The notes beneath the pieces were generated by a model. That model did not search any database, had not been told where the DNA came from, and saw only the letters and a program-made list of their open reading frames with translations. Of a DNA stretch of 64,000 nt, positions 1-12,099 are shown piece by piece (the stretch's first letter is position 1; each line of letters starts with the position of its first letter). The stretch comes from Vicugna vicugna (lineage: Eukaryota). Position numbers and translations under genes: made by a program. The DNA is taken from NCBI GenBank assembly GCA_013265495.1, contig MU058198.1, positions 5,595,779 to 5,659,778 of the forward strand. The letters run 5' to 3'.

Positions 1-56
1 TATTCTATGTATATGAGTCTGTTTCTGTTTTGTATTTATGTTCTTTTTTTTTTTTT
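1..56 (-). mobile_element. Young cetartiodactyl-type L1, 3' UTR fragment (continues left of window)
   Basis: Reverse complement reads AAAAAGAACATAAATACAAAACAGAAACAGACTCATA, homologous to the L1 3' UTR copies at 1706-2196 and 23517-24094. Confidence 0.8.
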
Positions 57-183
57 NNNNNNNNNNNNNNNNNNNNNNNNNNNNNNNNNNNNNNNNNNNN
101 NNNNNNNNNNNNNNNNNNNNNNNNNNNNNNNNNNNNNNNNNNNNNNNNNNNNNNNNNNNNNNNNNNNNNNNNNNNNNNNNNNN
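57..183. other. Assembly gap (127 N)
   Basis: Run of N characters. Confidence 1.
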
Positions 184-321
184 CTTCAAAAAGTGCACGC
201 CAATGTTCGTAGCAGCACTATTTACAATAGCCAAGACATGGAAACAGCCTAAATGACCATCAACAGATGACTGGATAAAGAACATGTGGTATATTTATAC
301 AATGGAATACTATTCAGCCAT
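184..321 (+). mobile_element. L1 ORF2 C-terminal region fragment
   Basis: Translates to CTPMFVAALFTIAKTWKQPK, the typical L1 ORF2p C-terminal motif, followed by TGTGGTATATTTATACAATGGAATACTATTCAGCCAT. Confidence 0.92.
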
Positions 322-401
322 ATTCTTCCTTTCTTAATGGAGGTGCCGGGGATTGAACCCAGGACGTTGTACATGTTAAGCAGGAGCTCTGCCACGGAGC
401 T
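322..401 (-). mobile_element. tRNA-derived camelid-type SINE (Vic-1-like), head plus short A-rich tail
   Basis: Reverse complement AGCTCCGTGGCAGAGCTCCTGCTTAACATGTACAACGTCCTGGGTTCAATCCCCGGCACCTCC has Pol III A/B-box-like motifs and matches the SINEs at 19460, 21583, 48678 and 52704. Confidence 0.85.
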
Positions 402-429
402 CAGTGTATAGTTCTTCATACTCAACTCT

Positions 430-1160
430 CTCTGTTAAAACAACTGGTGTAGTTTCTATCCCTTGACTGGATCCTTACTGACTTAGCACCTGTACAGCAA
501 ACCTTGACTGCAAAGAAGGAAACGTTCTTTCTCTTTTTCTTTCGAAATTGCCTTGGGTCTTCTTGGCCCTTACTTTCCCACATTGTATAGTCCGTCTCGG
601 GAAGTTCCACCAAAATAATAAATCTTAATATTAAGCATTTGGATTTTTAAATAGCAATTGCATAAATTTATAGTTAAATGTGTGAAGAACTGACATCTTA
701 ACTGAGGTTCCTCTGATCCGTGAACACAGCATGATTTTCCCATTTCTTTAGGTCTCACATGTTTTACAGGAGGATATTATATTTTTCTCCACATAGTTTA
801 CGTATGTTTTCTGCTAGATATATTCCTGATTAAATACTACGGGTTTGTTGCTACGGTACGTTGAATCATTTTTAATTATTGCTTTTAATTGTTTCTGGTT
901 GGTTTTTAAGAACACAATTGATTTTTTTTTCAGTATACTGATCAACTCACTGAACTCTTGGGTTTGTTATTAATATGATTGCATACTCTGTAGAATTTCT
1001 CTGTGTAATCATATTAACTGTGAATAATGAAAGCCTCATTCCTTTCTTTGCAACGGTCATACTTTTATTTCTTTGGGTGACATGTGCAGATACGGGTGTA
1101 TGCATCTTGTTACACTATCACTGTGCCTTCAGTTCAGTATTGAATAGAAGCACTTCCTTC
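430..1160 (-). mobile_element. Old L1 (L1M/L1ME-like) ORF2 relic
   Basis: T-rich degenerate L1 antisense motifs such as CTAGATATATTCCTG and CAGTATTGAATAGAAG. Confidence 0.6.
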
Positions 1161-1164
1161 CTTT

Positions 1165-3540
1165 TCTGGCCAAGAAGGAGTTTCAGGAAGTGGATTTACC
1201 CTTTCACCTGAAACATCTAAAAAAATCGTTTAAAAATTTATGGCACAATGGTTCTCAAGATATTGGAATCAAGCAAAGAAGATGAGTGACCTATGAGAGA
1301 TGGGAAACAAACAAGGTGAACTCAGCGACTGCCCCAGGCACTGCCCAGAGAACGTTTGCAGGCTGCAGCATGAGGGAGGCGACCCCAGGCAGAGTGAGGT
1401 CCACCCGAGGTAAGGAGATGGAGCTGAGAGACCAGGAAGGCCAAGGTGGTTGGAGTTCACAGGGCTATTCAGAGATCTTCAGAGATCTGCAGAAGGTCCC
1501 TACTGAGTCTTCAGCCGAGTACTGATCAGCTCATGAATGTGACAAACTACCACCTCCTATCTCAAAGTTAGGTAAAGAACCACCATAAAGGATTAAGGGT
1601 TAGTCAAGACCAGGAAATAATGCCTAACCTCACCAGTCACAGTGCAAAACCTTGCAATTCACAGAGCACTGGGTAGAGCATTAGAAGGATTTTTGCCTCA
1701 GTAGTTGTGGTATATTTACCCAATGGAATACTACTCAGTGATAAAAAAGAATAAAATAATGCCATTTGCAGCAACACGGATGGATCTGGAGATTATCATT
1801 CTAAGTGAAGTAAGTCAGAAAGATAAAGAAAAATATCATATGATTTTAAAAATTAAATAAAATAGCACTAATGAATTCATCTACAAAACAGAAACAGACT
1901 TGCAGACACAGTAAACAATTGTATGATTACTGGGGAAAGGAGGTGGGAAGGGATAAATTTGGGGGTTTGAGATTTCCAAAGCTTAACTGCTATATATAAA
2001 AACAGATTTTAAAAAGATTCTTCTGCATAGCACAGGGAACTATATGCAGTATCTTGTAATAACCTTTAATGAAAAAGAATATGAAAACAAGTATTTTTTG
2101 TTTATATATATATATATATATATATATATGCATGACCTGGACATTATGCTGTAACACCAAAAATTGACACATTGCAACTGACTATACTTCAAAAAACATT
2201 AGCCCTAGACTAAATGCTGCTCTGGCCCCACCTAACAAAGCTTAAATGCAAGAAGCAAAAGAATCAAACAGGTTCCAAGTAAGGTAATAATTGCATGTAA
2301 GAACAAAGCTCAAGAGTAGCCCACAGGAATAAAAAATACCTAGCACACAGGTGAAATTCAAAATCAAAATTTGCACTCAATCAAAAATTACTGAACATAC
2401 AAATATGCAAGAAGATACAACCCATAATGAGGAAAAATAATCAATTAATCAAAAGTGACACAGAAGAGATATAACTGATAAAATTAGTAAATAGAAGCTA
2501 GAGAAAATGTTGAAGATGTTAATTAGACATGTGGCATAAAGAGAAACCACCAAATCTCTGAATAAGTAGAGAATTAAGCAATTCTTTTAAACCATTAAAA
2601 GAATAAAAGACAAGATACAGAGGAAATATTTGCAAATCACATAGCTGATTTTTTTTTAAGACTTGTATCCATAATATATAGCAAGAAAACAAAAAGAAAG
2701 TAGTATTGGATGAAAAATTTGAACAGATACTTTACCCAAGAAGATACAGATGGCAGATAAGCATGAAAAGATGTTCGGCGTCATTAGTCATTAGAGAAAC
2801 ACAAAATAAAACCCCACTGAGACACCAGTACACACCTATTAGAATGCCCAAATTTTTAAAAAATTGACCATTTCAAGTGTTGACAAGGATATGGTACAAC
2901 TGGAAACCTCATACACTGCTGGGAACGCAGGAATGTGATGGCTACATGAACTTTACAACACAGTCTAATAGTTCCTAAAGAGTGAAACATACACCTTACC
3001 TACAATCCCACCGTTCCACTGCTAGGCATTTATGAAAGAGAAATAAAGCACATGTCTACACAAGGCTTGTATACAAATGTTCCCAGCAGCTTTATCTGAG
3101 ATAGTCAAAAGCTGGAAACACTGCAAATGTTCAACAGATGAATAGATAAACAAACTGTGGTGTACCCATACAATACTTCCCAGCAATAAAAAGGAGTGAA
3201 CTACTTCTACGGGATACAACATGGATAAATCTTAAGGCAGTTATTTGAGTCAAAGAAGGCAAATGCAAAAGACACATACCGTATTATTTCATTAGTATTA
3301 AATTCTTTAAAAATGAGCAGCAATCTGTAGCAAAATCAGAAAGCTGATCAGTGCTTGCTTGGGGACAGGAGGCTATGGCAGACAAGGAGGGGCAGGAGGG
3401 AGACGTACAAAGAACACAAGTAAATGTTTAGGGGGTAATAAACGTGTTCATCATCTTGATTGTGACTGTGGTTTCATGGGTGTATACATATGTCAAAATC
3501 TATGTGCAATTTATCTTTGACGAAGTGTTTTTTAAAGTAG
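1165..3540 (+). mobile_element. Old L1 (L1MC/MD-like): 5' region plus 3' end, interrupted by a younger L1
   Basis: 5'-end motifs TTTTGCCTCAGTAGT...TTAGCCCTAGACTAAATGCTGCTCTGG; ORF2-end/3' UTR motifs at 2600-3540 (CACACCTATTAGAATG, GGTTTCATGGGTGTATACATATGTCAAAA). Confidence 0.75.
1706..2196 (+). mobile_element. Young 5'-truncated cetartiodactyl-type L1 3' end nested in the older L1
   Basis: GCCATTTGCAGCAACACGGATGGATCTGGAG, GCACAGGGAACTATATGCAGTATCTTGTAATAACC, an internal (TA)n run, and an end at ACTATACTTCAAAAAA. Confidence 0.92.
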
Positions 3541-3695
3541 CAAAAATATGGGATAGAAACAGAAATGGAGTTATGCTTATCCTGTGGCCAACTCTAAAGA
3601 AAATCCTGCTTAAATTTCACCATTATGTATGTTCGCTCTTTGATTTTGGTACTTGATGCTTTTGGAGGAAAAATATTACACGCCATGCTCTTCTT

Positions 3696-3934
3696 TGAAA
3701 AAAAAAACACTTTACTGAAGTATGACTGACATGTAAAAAATCGTACCTATTTAATGTATACAACTCAGTAAGTTTAAGCACACACCCATGAAACTATCAC
3801 CACCTAACAATACTGTATTAGTATACAGTTAAAATTTGCTAAGACAGTAGATCTTATGTTAGGTGTTTTTACCACAAAATAGCAATGCTAATAATAAAGA
3901 AGGTGGGAGGAAATTTGGGAGGTGATGGCTATGT
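3696..3934 (-). mobile_element. L1MA9/L1MB-like 3' end with 5' inversion
   Basis: 3696-3803 is the antisense L1 terminus; 3804-3934 is the immediately upstream L1 segment in sense orientation; flanks CATGCTCTTCTT (3684-3695) and CATGACCTTCTT (3935-3946). Confidence 0.8.
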
Positions 3935-4479
3935 CATGACCTTCTTGCTACAATTCCTTCTACTCGTCATTTTTTTTCTTATTGGATATTTTAAGTACTT
4001 CTGGTCTACTCCTTTCTCTCAGGACAAACTAAGGAATTTCCCATGCTTAACCTTGAAACCAAAAACCCTTGTTAACCACTATTGAAAGAAATTTCAGGAA
4101 GAAGAAGGAAATGTGTCTTCAATCCCCCAAAGAGCTGCAGAAGAGAACAGGCAGTATTCCTGCATCATAAAATATTTCAGAAGTGAGATGGTGAGAATAT
4201 TAACAAATTCATCAGTCTTACACTCCCGTTGAGTGTGGAAAACAGTGGGTAAATAAATAATCCTGCTCTGTTTCCTGTGACTATAAAGCCGTACATGAGA
4301 ACAGTCACACAAAGGAATCTATTAAGTCACCTAGTCATTAGATAACACTGCCGTGCCCATGAAATAGAACCTATAACACTAAAATATCTCCAACTCTGAG
4401 CAACTGCTCCTGCTTAATAATTTGTGACCCTAGTAGTAAAATTTAAATTGGCATCTCTGTTTACTGAAAGGTTCAAATC

Positions 4480-5750
4480 TTAGGAAGTTTCCATGTGAAG
4501 CAACAGAAGGGCTTCAGAATTTTCTTCTTCAAGCACACGAAGCATAGGAGAATAATAAATACCATGACTGTTGATTTGCTAATTCAATCTAAGCATTTCA
4601 GAGTCTTTTCTCATTAAAGTAACAGTACTCATGTGTCAAGTTAAGAACATCCCTTCTGGTCTCATTTGCCAGAAGTTTTTTGGTTTGTTTTTCAATCATG
4701 AGTATTTCTTGAATTTTATTCAATACATTTGCCAAATTTATTAGAAGGATGATATGATTTTCTGTCTTTAACCTCTTACTATAGTGAGCCATATTAATTA
4801 GATTTTTAATTGGTAAATCGTTCTTAGATTGCTGGAAAAATCCCTACTTGGTCATGATGTATTTTTAACACAAATCACTGGGGTTTGTTTCCTGATACTT
4901 CATTTAAGATTTTTGTTCATTAGTAGAATTTGAAAATTATTTTTCCTTACCACACAATCCTTGTATGGTATTGGTTTCAAGATTCTTCTAGCCTCAGAAA
5001 AGGGATTGTGAAGTTGTCCTTTTTTTCTTTTTTTGCATTCAGTAGAGATTGTCTCTTCCTTAAATGTTTGGTAAAACACAATTAGGTTTCGGAGTCTTCT
5101 TTTCTAAGAGATGAATTTAAGACACAATTTTATCCCTCCCTGCTCAGCTGTATCTCATGAGTTTTGATATGAAAGGTACTATTTGTCATTCAGCTATACA
5201 TATTTTCTAGTTTCCATTATGATTTTTTTCTTTGATACACAAATTATCTACATCTACTTTGTTGAATTCTAAAATGCATAGATTTTCTTGAGTCCTAATT
5301 TTATGGTCAAAGGATGTAGTGGGCATTTACATTTACTGAGTGGCTGGACCATAGTTTTTATGAACACTCCATGAGTTTTGGAAAAGAATTTTTATATCCT
5401 CCAAGTATCAGCTGCAAAATCCCACATATGTCAATTAGCTTAAAACTTGCTAGTTTTGTTATTTGAGTATTTTCTAGCCTTACAATGTTTTGTCATTTCA
5501 CATATCAGTTAGAGAGGTGTATTATACTCACCCTGGTAATTTTGTCAATACCTACTTTCTATGTTTTGAATCTATTTAAGCTATACAAGTACAGAAGTAT
5601 TATGTCCTCCTGATGAATCACACCTATTGTCATTCTGTATCAATACTTTTTATCATTAATAATAAATGTCTCTCCAAAATATTTTGTCTTGTATAAATAC
5701 AGACACATAAGATTTCCTTTGTTTAGTGCTTTTTAAGTTAATGTTCCAAA
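4480..5750 (-). mobile_element. Old L1 (L1ME-like) ORF2 relic
   Basis: Antisense L1 motifs such as TCCCTACTTGGTCATGATGTATT and TCTTCCTTAAATGTTTGGTAAAA. Confidence 0.7.
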
Positions 5751-5763
5751 ATGGGGCCGGGGG

Positions 5764-5985
5764 CGGGGATCCACAAACTACAGCCTGAGGGCCAAATCCT
5801 GCCACACCTGCTTTTTTTAAATAAAGTTTTATTGGAACACAGACACATTCATTCATTTTTGTATTGTCTATGGCTGCTTTCAGGTGACAGTAACAGAGCT
5901 GAGTAGTTGCACCAGAGACTTTACGGCTAGCAAAGCCCTAAAATATTCACTGAGGCTCTTTACAGAAAAAGTGTCTTGACCACTG
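5764..5985 (+). mobile_element. MER58A-like hAT-Charlie non-autonomous DNA transposon
   Basis: CAAACTACAGCCTGAGGGCCAAATC...AAATAAAGTTTTATTGGAACACAG...CTTTACAGAAAAAGTG; ~220 bp with degenerate terminal inverted repeats. Confidence 0.9.
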
Positions 5986-5989
5986 TGAT

Positions 5990-8830
5990 ACAATATTGAA
6001 TAGACCCAAATGAATATTTATAACATATGGGCAAAGCAATGGACACCTGGGTTCCCGACACCCAGTTTAAGAAATAGAACATCACCAGCATCTCTGAAGC
6101 AGTAGCTCCCTCCCTGTCCTTAGCTGGGCTGCTCTCAGATTCAGCTGTCTCCTGCTTAGCATTTGTGCTTATCACACCATGGTTTTTCTTTTTACCTCTA
6201 CCATGTTCGCATCCATAAACAATATATTGTTTAACGTTTCATGGGTTTTGAACTTTAAATAAGTAGAACCATAGTGTATTATTCATTGACAACTGCTTTT
6301 TCTCACTCAATTTATTGTGTTTTTGAGATTGTTGTCACATGTAGCCTGTGGTCTATTTTTACTATTTTTAGAATTCCATTGTATGTACCAAAAGGAATGC
6401 TGATAAGTATTTCCAGTCCTTCTGCTATTATTAAAAAGCGTTGCTACAAACATTCCTACATGTATCTCATGCTGCTTATGGACAAGCGTTTCTCCAGGAT
6501 GTGTATCTAGAGTGTTGAGAAATTACCTGGACATAGGTATGGGTATCGTCACCTTTACCAGAGAAAGCCAAATTGCTTTTCAAAGTGGTTATAAATGTAT
6601 CCTCCCACCAGAAATGTAAAAGATTTGCCATCACCACCTCACAAACAATTAACCTTGGCCTTTTTTTTTTCTTTTTGGCCAATTAGGCAGTATGATATGA
6701 AATCTTTTGGCTGTTTTAATTTTTATTTTTCAGGATACTAATGAAGTTGACCGTCTTCTCCAGTGTTTCATAACATTTATATTTCCACATCTGTGATAGC
6801 CTTTATAAGCTGACTGTCCATTTTTCAATTTGATTATTTGTCTTGGTCACATTGACTTGTACTTTCTTTATTTTGCTTGGTATGACTCTTTTACCAGTCT
6901 TGTTGCGGCAAATACCTTCTCCCTGATTTTGGCTCTTGTTTTAACTCTCATTTTTGTTTTTTTGGTTTTTTAACAAGAATTTTTTATGTAGTCAAATTCA
7001 TTCACTGTTTCCCTTTATGATTTGTACTTCCTGCAGATTCTTCTTAAAATATTGTTCCCTGGTACATAGTCACAAATACATTCTCCAAGATTATCTTCTA
7101 AAAGATGATATGTTTGCCTTCCACATTTAAATCTTGAATCCACCTGGAATTTACTTTTGTGTATTGTGTGAGGGAAGCATACGACTGCTTGTCCATCTCT
7201 GTGTTACACTGTCTTACTTAGTATAGCTTTATTTTGATTTTAAGCAATATAACCTTATATTAGTTCTTAACATGCGGTAAGGAAGGTTTCCCCTTATTTT
7301 TCCTCTGTATGAGTGTCTTATTCTTAGCCCTTTATTCTTCCATAAAATTTAGTATTAGCATCAAATGCTCCAAAGAAAAAGAAATCCTGCTGGAATCTTA
7401 ATGAGAACAGCACTGACTCTTCAGATCAACTTGGGAAAAACTGGCAGCTTTGTGAAATTGAGCCTTCTTCTCCATAAGCATAAAATATCCCTTTATGTCC
7501 CCCTTAACGTCTTTCAATAACACTTTCTAATTTTCTCCTTAAAGTTTTCTTACAAATCTTTAGATTTAGATTTCTTTATACATACTATTATAAATGGTCT
7601 ATATTTTATTACACTTTCTACCTGCTGATGGCTGGCGACGACAGATGCCATTCATTTTTATATGTTAAATTTTTGTGCAAGAGTTGCGCTAAATTCTCTT
7701 AATTCTAAGAATTGATCTGTAGACTCTTTTGTGTTTTCTACATAATCATACCATTTGGAAACATTAAGTTTTTCTTCATCTCTCTCTTTATAGTTTTTAT
7801 TTCCTTTCTCACATTACTGTGCTGTCTAGGACTTCCAGTACAATGTCGAATAAAACTAATGACAATAGAAATCACTTTCCTGTTCCTGATCTTAAAGGGA
7901 ACGCTTTCTTCAATTTTTCTATTAAATGCAAACTTTTTGGGAGTATTTTTATATTAGTCTAAGAGAAACTCCCTTCTACTCTTCTTTTGCTAAGAAATGT
8001 TACCAGTTCTTTCTACGTATATTGAAATACTACAAGATACTTCTCCTTTAATCTATTATAATGGGATGAGTTACAATAATTCACTTTCTAATGTGATCCA
8101 AATTCACGTCTCTGGAATAAACCCAAATTGGACATTATGTGTTACCTTCTTAATGTATTGCTGAACTCTTTTTTGATAAAACTTTGTTTGGGCTTTTTCT
8201 ATCTACGTGCACCAATGAGACTGGCTTGAAATTTTACTTTTGTATGCTGTCCTTTTCAGTGTTTGGCGTCAATGTTTCATCTCATAAGCGAGTGGGGAAT
8301 GTGCCCTCCTCTTCCATAGTCAGTAAAAATTTCCAGAAAATAAAAATCTGAGACTGCTGTTTTATTTTCTCAGCTTGAGGATGCTCAGCATACTTTGAAT
8401 CTCAATTGTATGTGAGGAACACAGGCCGGTGGTTTTGAAGACGTGCAGGGACGTTCTCTACCCAGACATTGGATGGAAATAGACAAACTTCCTGTCCTGT
8501 CCCTTTATTGGCAAGTGGATTTTTTTCCTGTCTTCTCTTTCTCATTGCATGCAGCCTCTTTGAGGGTTCTGTTTTACTGGAAGTGGCATCTCAGTTTTAA
8601 TACCCTACCCCCAAGGTTTTGGGTGGCTAAAAATCTTACCTCTTATCCTCACTGGCTATTAACACCCACTTCCCCAAGTTGCTAAGACTGACACTCCACC
8701 CATGATGGGCACACTGCCCACTTACATGCTTACTCTTCAGTTTTCAGGGATCCCCTTTCTTTTTGGCAAAGTCATCTATTCATTTAAAAGTATAAATATT
8801 TTCAGCATTTCTAGAAGTTTCCATGGGAAT
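5990..8830 (-). mobile_element. Old L1 (L1ME-like) 3' UTR and ORF2 relics
   Basis: Continuous antisense L1 motifs (CCCAGTTTAAGAAATAGAACATCACCAGCA, CAAATTGCTTTTCAAAGTGGTT, CTAGGACTTCCAGTACAATG, TTCCTGATCTTAAAGGGAA). Confidence 0.8.
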
Positions 8831-8889
8831 GTTTTTAAGTTTGTGATCAGTCACATTGGCAGTACCACAAGTACTCTTTATAACCACTT

Positions 8890-9040
8890 TGCAATAAAGG
8901 ATTATCATCCCAAGTGTACGGATGAGGAAAATGAACTCAAAGGGGTCAATACTTTACAAAAGGGCATGCAGGTGGTAAACATGGGAACCAGGGTTTGACC
9001 CAGAGTGTGCCTTGAGGCAAAGTCTGTGTTCCTATCCACA
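8890..9040 (-). mobile_element. MIR SINE
   Basis: Antisense core ATCATCCCCAAGTGTACGGATGAGGAAAATGA and GGGTTTGACCCAG. Confidence 0.8.
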
Positions 9041-9480
9041 ACTCCAAATTTCCATCTCTTATTGGTTGTTTTTAATCCAAGATTACCCATTCTTTACCTT
9101 CTTACCAGGAAATAGTGTAAGAGTTACAATTCTATAATGTAGACACAAGCTCAGACACAGATGTGGCCCATGCAGGAAATCCTTTTCCTTTTTAATCCCT
9201 ACACCAAGGAATCTGGTCTCTTTGCACATTTTATGGTTAAAAATAATAATTTTTAAAAAGTAATTTTATACAACAAGCAAAATTAATAGGCAAAATGCAA
9301 ACCAGAAAATAAAATTGCAACAAATAAGACAAAGTGTCAACATTCGATATATAGATTACTCATAAAAATCAATCAGATAAAAACCAGCCTAATGGGAAAA
9401 GGAACAAAAGCAGATATGCAGAAAATTCACAAAAGAAAAAATATGACTGTGCAATCTCAGTGCTACTTTTTTAAATGCAG

Positions 9481-10690
9481 TAGACCTAAATGTAAGATCT
9501 ACCTCTATTGAACTCCTAGAAGAAAACACAGAAGTAAATCTTTCTGACGTTGGGTTAGGCAATGATTTCTTAGCTAAAAAAGCACAAGAGGCAAAAGAAA
9601 AAAATAGCTAAATTGGACTTCATAAAATTTAAAACTGTGAGCTATAAAGAGTATCATCAGGGAAGTGAAAAGACAATTCACAATTTGAGAGAAAAAATAT
9701 TTACAAATTACACAACTGATAATAAATTTGTACCCAAAACATGCAAACTCTTACAATTCAAAATAAAAAGACAAATAACCCAATTTAAAAATGGGCAAAG
9801 AACCTGAATATACATTCTCCAAAGAAGATAGAGAAACAGCCAAGGCATGCATGAAAAAATGCTCAGTGTCATTACCTGTCAGGTAAACACAAATTAAAAC
9901 CATAATGAGATATCATTCCACACTCACAAGGATGACTGCAATCAAAAAGACAGACATGAAACTTACATGATGTTATAAACCAATATTACTTCAATAAAAA
10001 ATAAATCTGAAAAAAAAAGAAACAATAAGTGTTGGCAAGGCTATGGAGAAATTGGAACCCTCATTTATTGCTGGTTGAAATGTAAAATAGTGCAGCTGCT
10101 TTGGAAAATAGTCTAATAGTTCTTCAAAAAGTTAAATCTGTCGAGTTTCCAGATGGCCCTCTCCTAGGTTCATACGCAAGAGAAATGAAAATACATATCC
10201 ACAGAAAAATTTGTATATGAATGTTCATAGCAGCATTATTCATAATAACCAAAAAGTGGAAATAACCCAAATATTCATCAACTAATGAACAGATAAATAG
10301 AATGTGGTATATCCATTCAGTGGAATATTATTCAGCCATTAAAAGGATGGGTACAATGTGGATAAACACTGAAAATATGCTAAATAAAAAAAAAAATCCA
10401 GTCACAAAAGACCACATATTGTATAATTCCAGGATATATATGAGATGAAATTTATATGAAATGTTCAAAATAGGCAAATAGTTACTGAAAATGAATTAGT
10501 GCTGGTCTTGGGAGGAGAAGAAATGAGGAATGACCATAATGGGTATAGGGTTTCCTCTGAGGGGAGTGAAAATGTCCAAGGATGAGATTATAGTGATGGC
10601 CTCACAACCTTGTAAATATACTGAAAACATTGAATTGTACTTGTTAAATGGGTGAATTATACCTCCAATAAAACTATTTATAAAAAGAAG
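9481..10690 (+). mobile_element. L1MB-like ORF2 end and 3' UTR
   Basis: TAGACCTAAATGTAAGA, CAATTTAAAAATGGGCAAAG, GAATGTTCATAGCAGCATTATTCATAATA; ends CAATAAAACTATTTATAAAAAG. Confidence 0.88.
9957..10011 (+). mobile_element. Very short L1 3'-terminal insertion inside the L1MB
   Basis: TGAAACTTACATGATGTTATAAACCAATATTACTTCAATAAAAA interrupts the host between AAAAAGACAGACA (9944-9956) and AAAAAAAGAAACA (10012-10024). Confidence 0.7.
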
Positions 10691-12099
10691 CAATGAAAAA
10701 TGAGACTTCATTGGCTATCAAGGTGGCAACCTTTTTTTTTTTAACAAATGATGCTAATAATATGCCTTAGCAAGGGAGCGAGAAAATATGCACTAATGGA
10801 AGTATAAATTGATGCATATTTTCTGGAAAATGGTTCTAAACATAGATCAAAATCCTGAAAATATGAATGGATTTGCTCCAGTAATTCCCTGTGAAGGAAA
10901 TAGAGCCTCAGAAAATACCTAGAGATATATGCAAGCTTTATATATCACAATGCTAATTACATTGGTTTTTTTTTTCATAGCAAAAGAAGGAAACTAAAGG
11001 CATTTTAAATATTCAGCAATGGAGGAATAAAGACATTATTATACAAATATATGAAAAAAAATATTATCCATCCATTAAAAGTCACGTTGTAAAAGGCAAA
11101 TAGCAAGAAGAAATCATCACACTATTTCATAATAAATGAAAGACTAGGCTACAAAGTAATATGTAGAGAATCATTCTAATATTGTTTTTAAAAAGCATTA
11201 CTGAAAATACATACTTTAAAATATTAACAGTGATTTTCTTAATGTGACAGGATAATGGAAGGCCATTTTTTATTTTCCTCTTTCTTCTCTAGTGTTCTTA
11301 TTTTCCATAGAGAACATGTACAGGGCTTTTAATGACAGGGAAAGTAGAATTTTAATGTGTTTGGATTTTCCACTTTCCTGGCCCATCCTCCTCCAAAGTG
11401 CAATGATTGATGGGTTGTAAGCTTCGAAAGTCAAGGACCCCTGAGTTAGACAATTTCTACTATGCTTTCTATTCTTAAGACTTTGATACTCTATGCTTAG
11501 ACTATTTCTTTTTTACAGCCCACCTAAGAAATTCTCAGAGACATAGTCTTCCCATTTTCTTGTAGACTCTGTGGCCCCCCACTTCCAGAGAGGGAGAAGT
11601 TGCCACTTTGAGAAATAAGGCTATTCAGCATTCAGGGAAAGGGACACTGTAAAACGAGACGAGGCAACCCCTGCAGAGACCTGGAAACGATTTTTCTCTC
11701 CCAAAACACAATTAATCAATTTTGTCCAAAGAAGTGGAATCAATATTTTTATAAATGAGAGGTTCATACGCCGAGAAGGAATTGCTGCAGTGGTCACATG
11801 ATCTTTCACTTGCTAATCCAATGTAAATTATGGGCTTTTTACCTATGTCTTTGGCATTTGCCAACAGAACTTTCTTCCACTTTGGCATTCTGATCGCGAC
11901 TTTCCGATTCTCTTGTCCAGCCCCAAGCAATGTGCCAGGGTCTCTTAACAAGCAATAATATGCCACTAATGACAAAACCTCGTATTCGCTGGCTGCCTTG
12001 CCCTCCCAGGGCTCTGTAATACTGTCACACTGATCTTCCCAGCATCCTCTAGGACACAGAGAAATGATGTGCAACTGGGGACACCGGCAAGGCTTAGAT

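Larger units (their letters stand above)
9270..11330 (+). mobile_element. Old L1ME-like 3' region split by an L1MB insertion
   Basis: A-rich degenerate L1 3' sequence at 9270-9470, resuming at 10690-11330. Confidence 0.65.

Noticed and set aside
7..256. ORFs spanning the N gap
   Set aside because: Artefacts of ambiguous bases; the readable part is a dead L1 ORF2 fragment.
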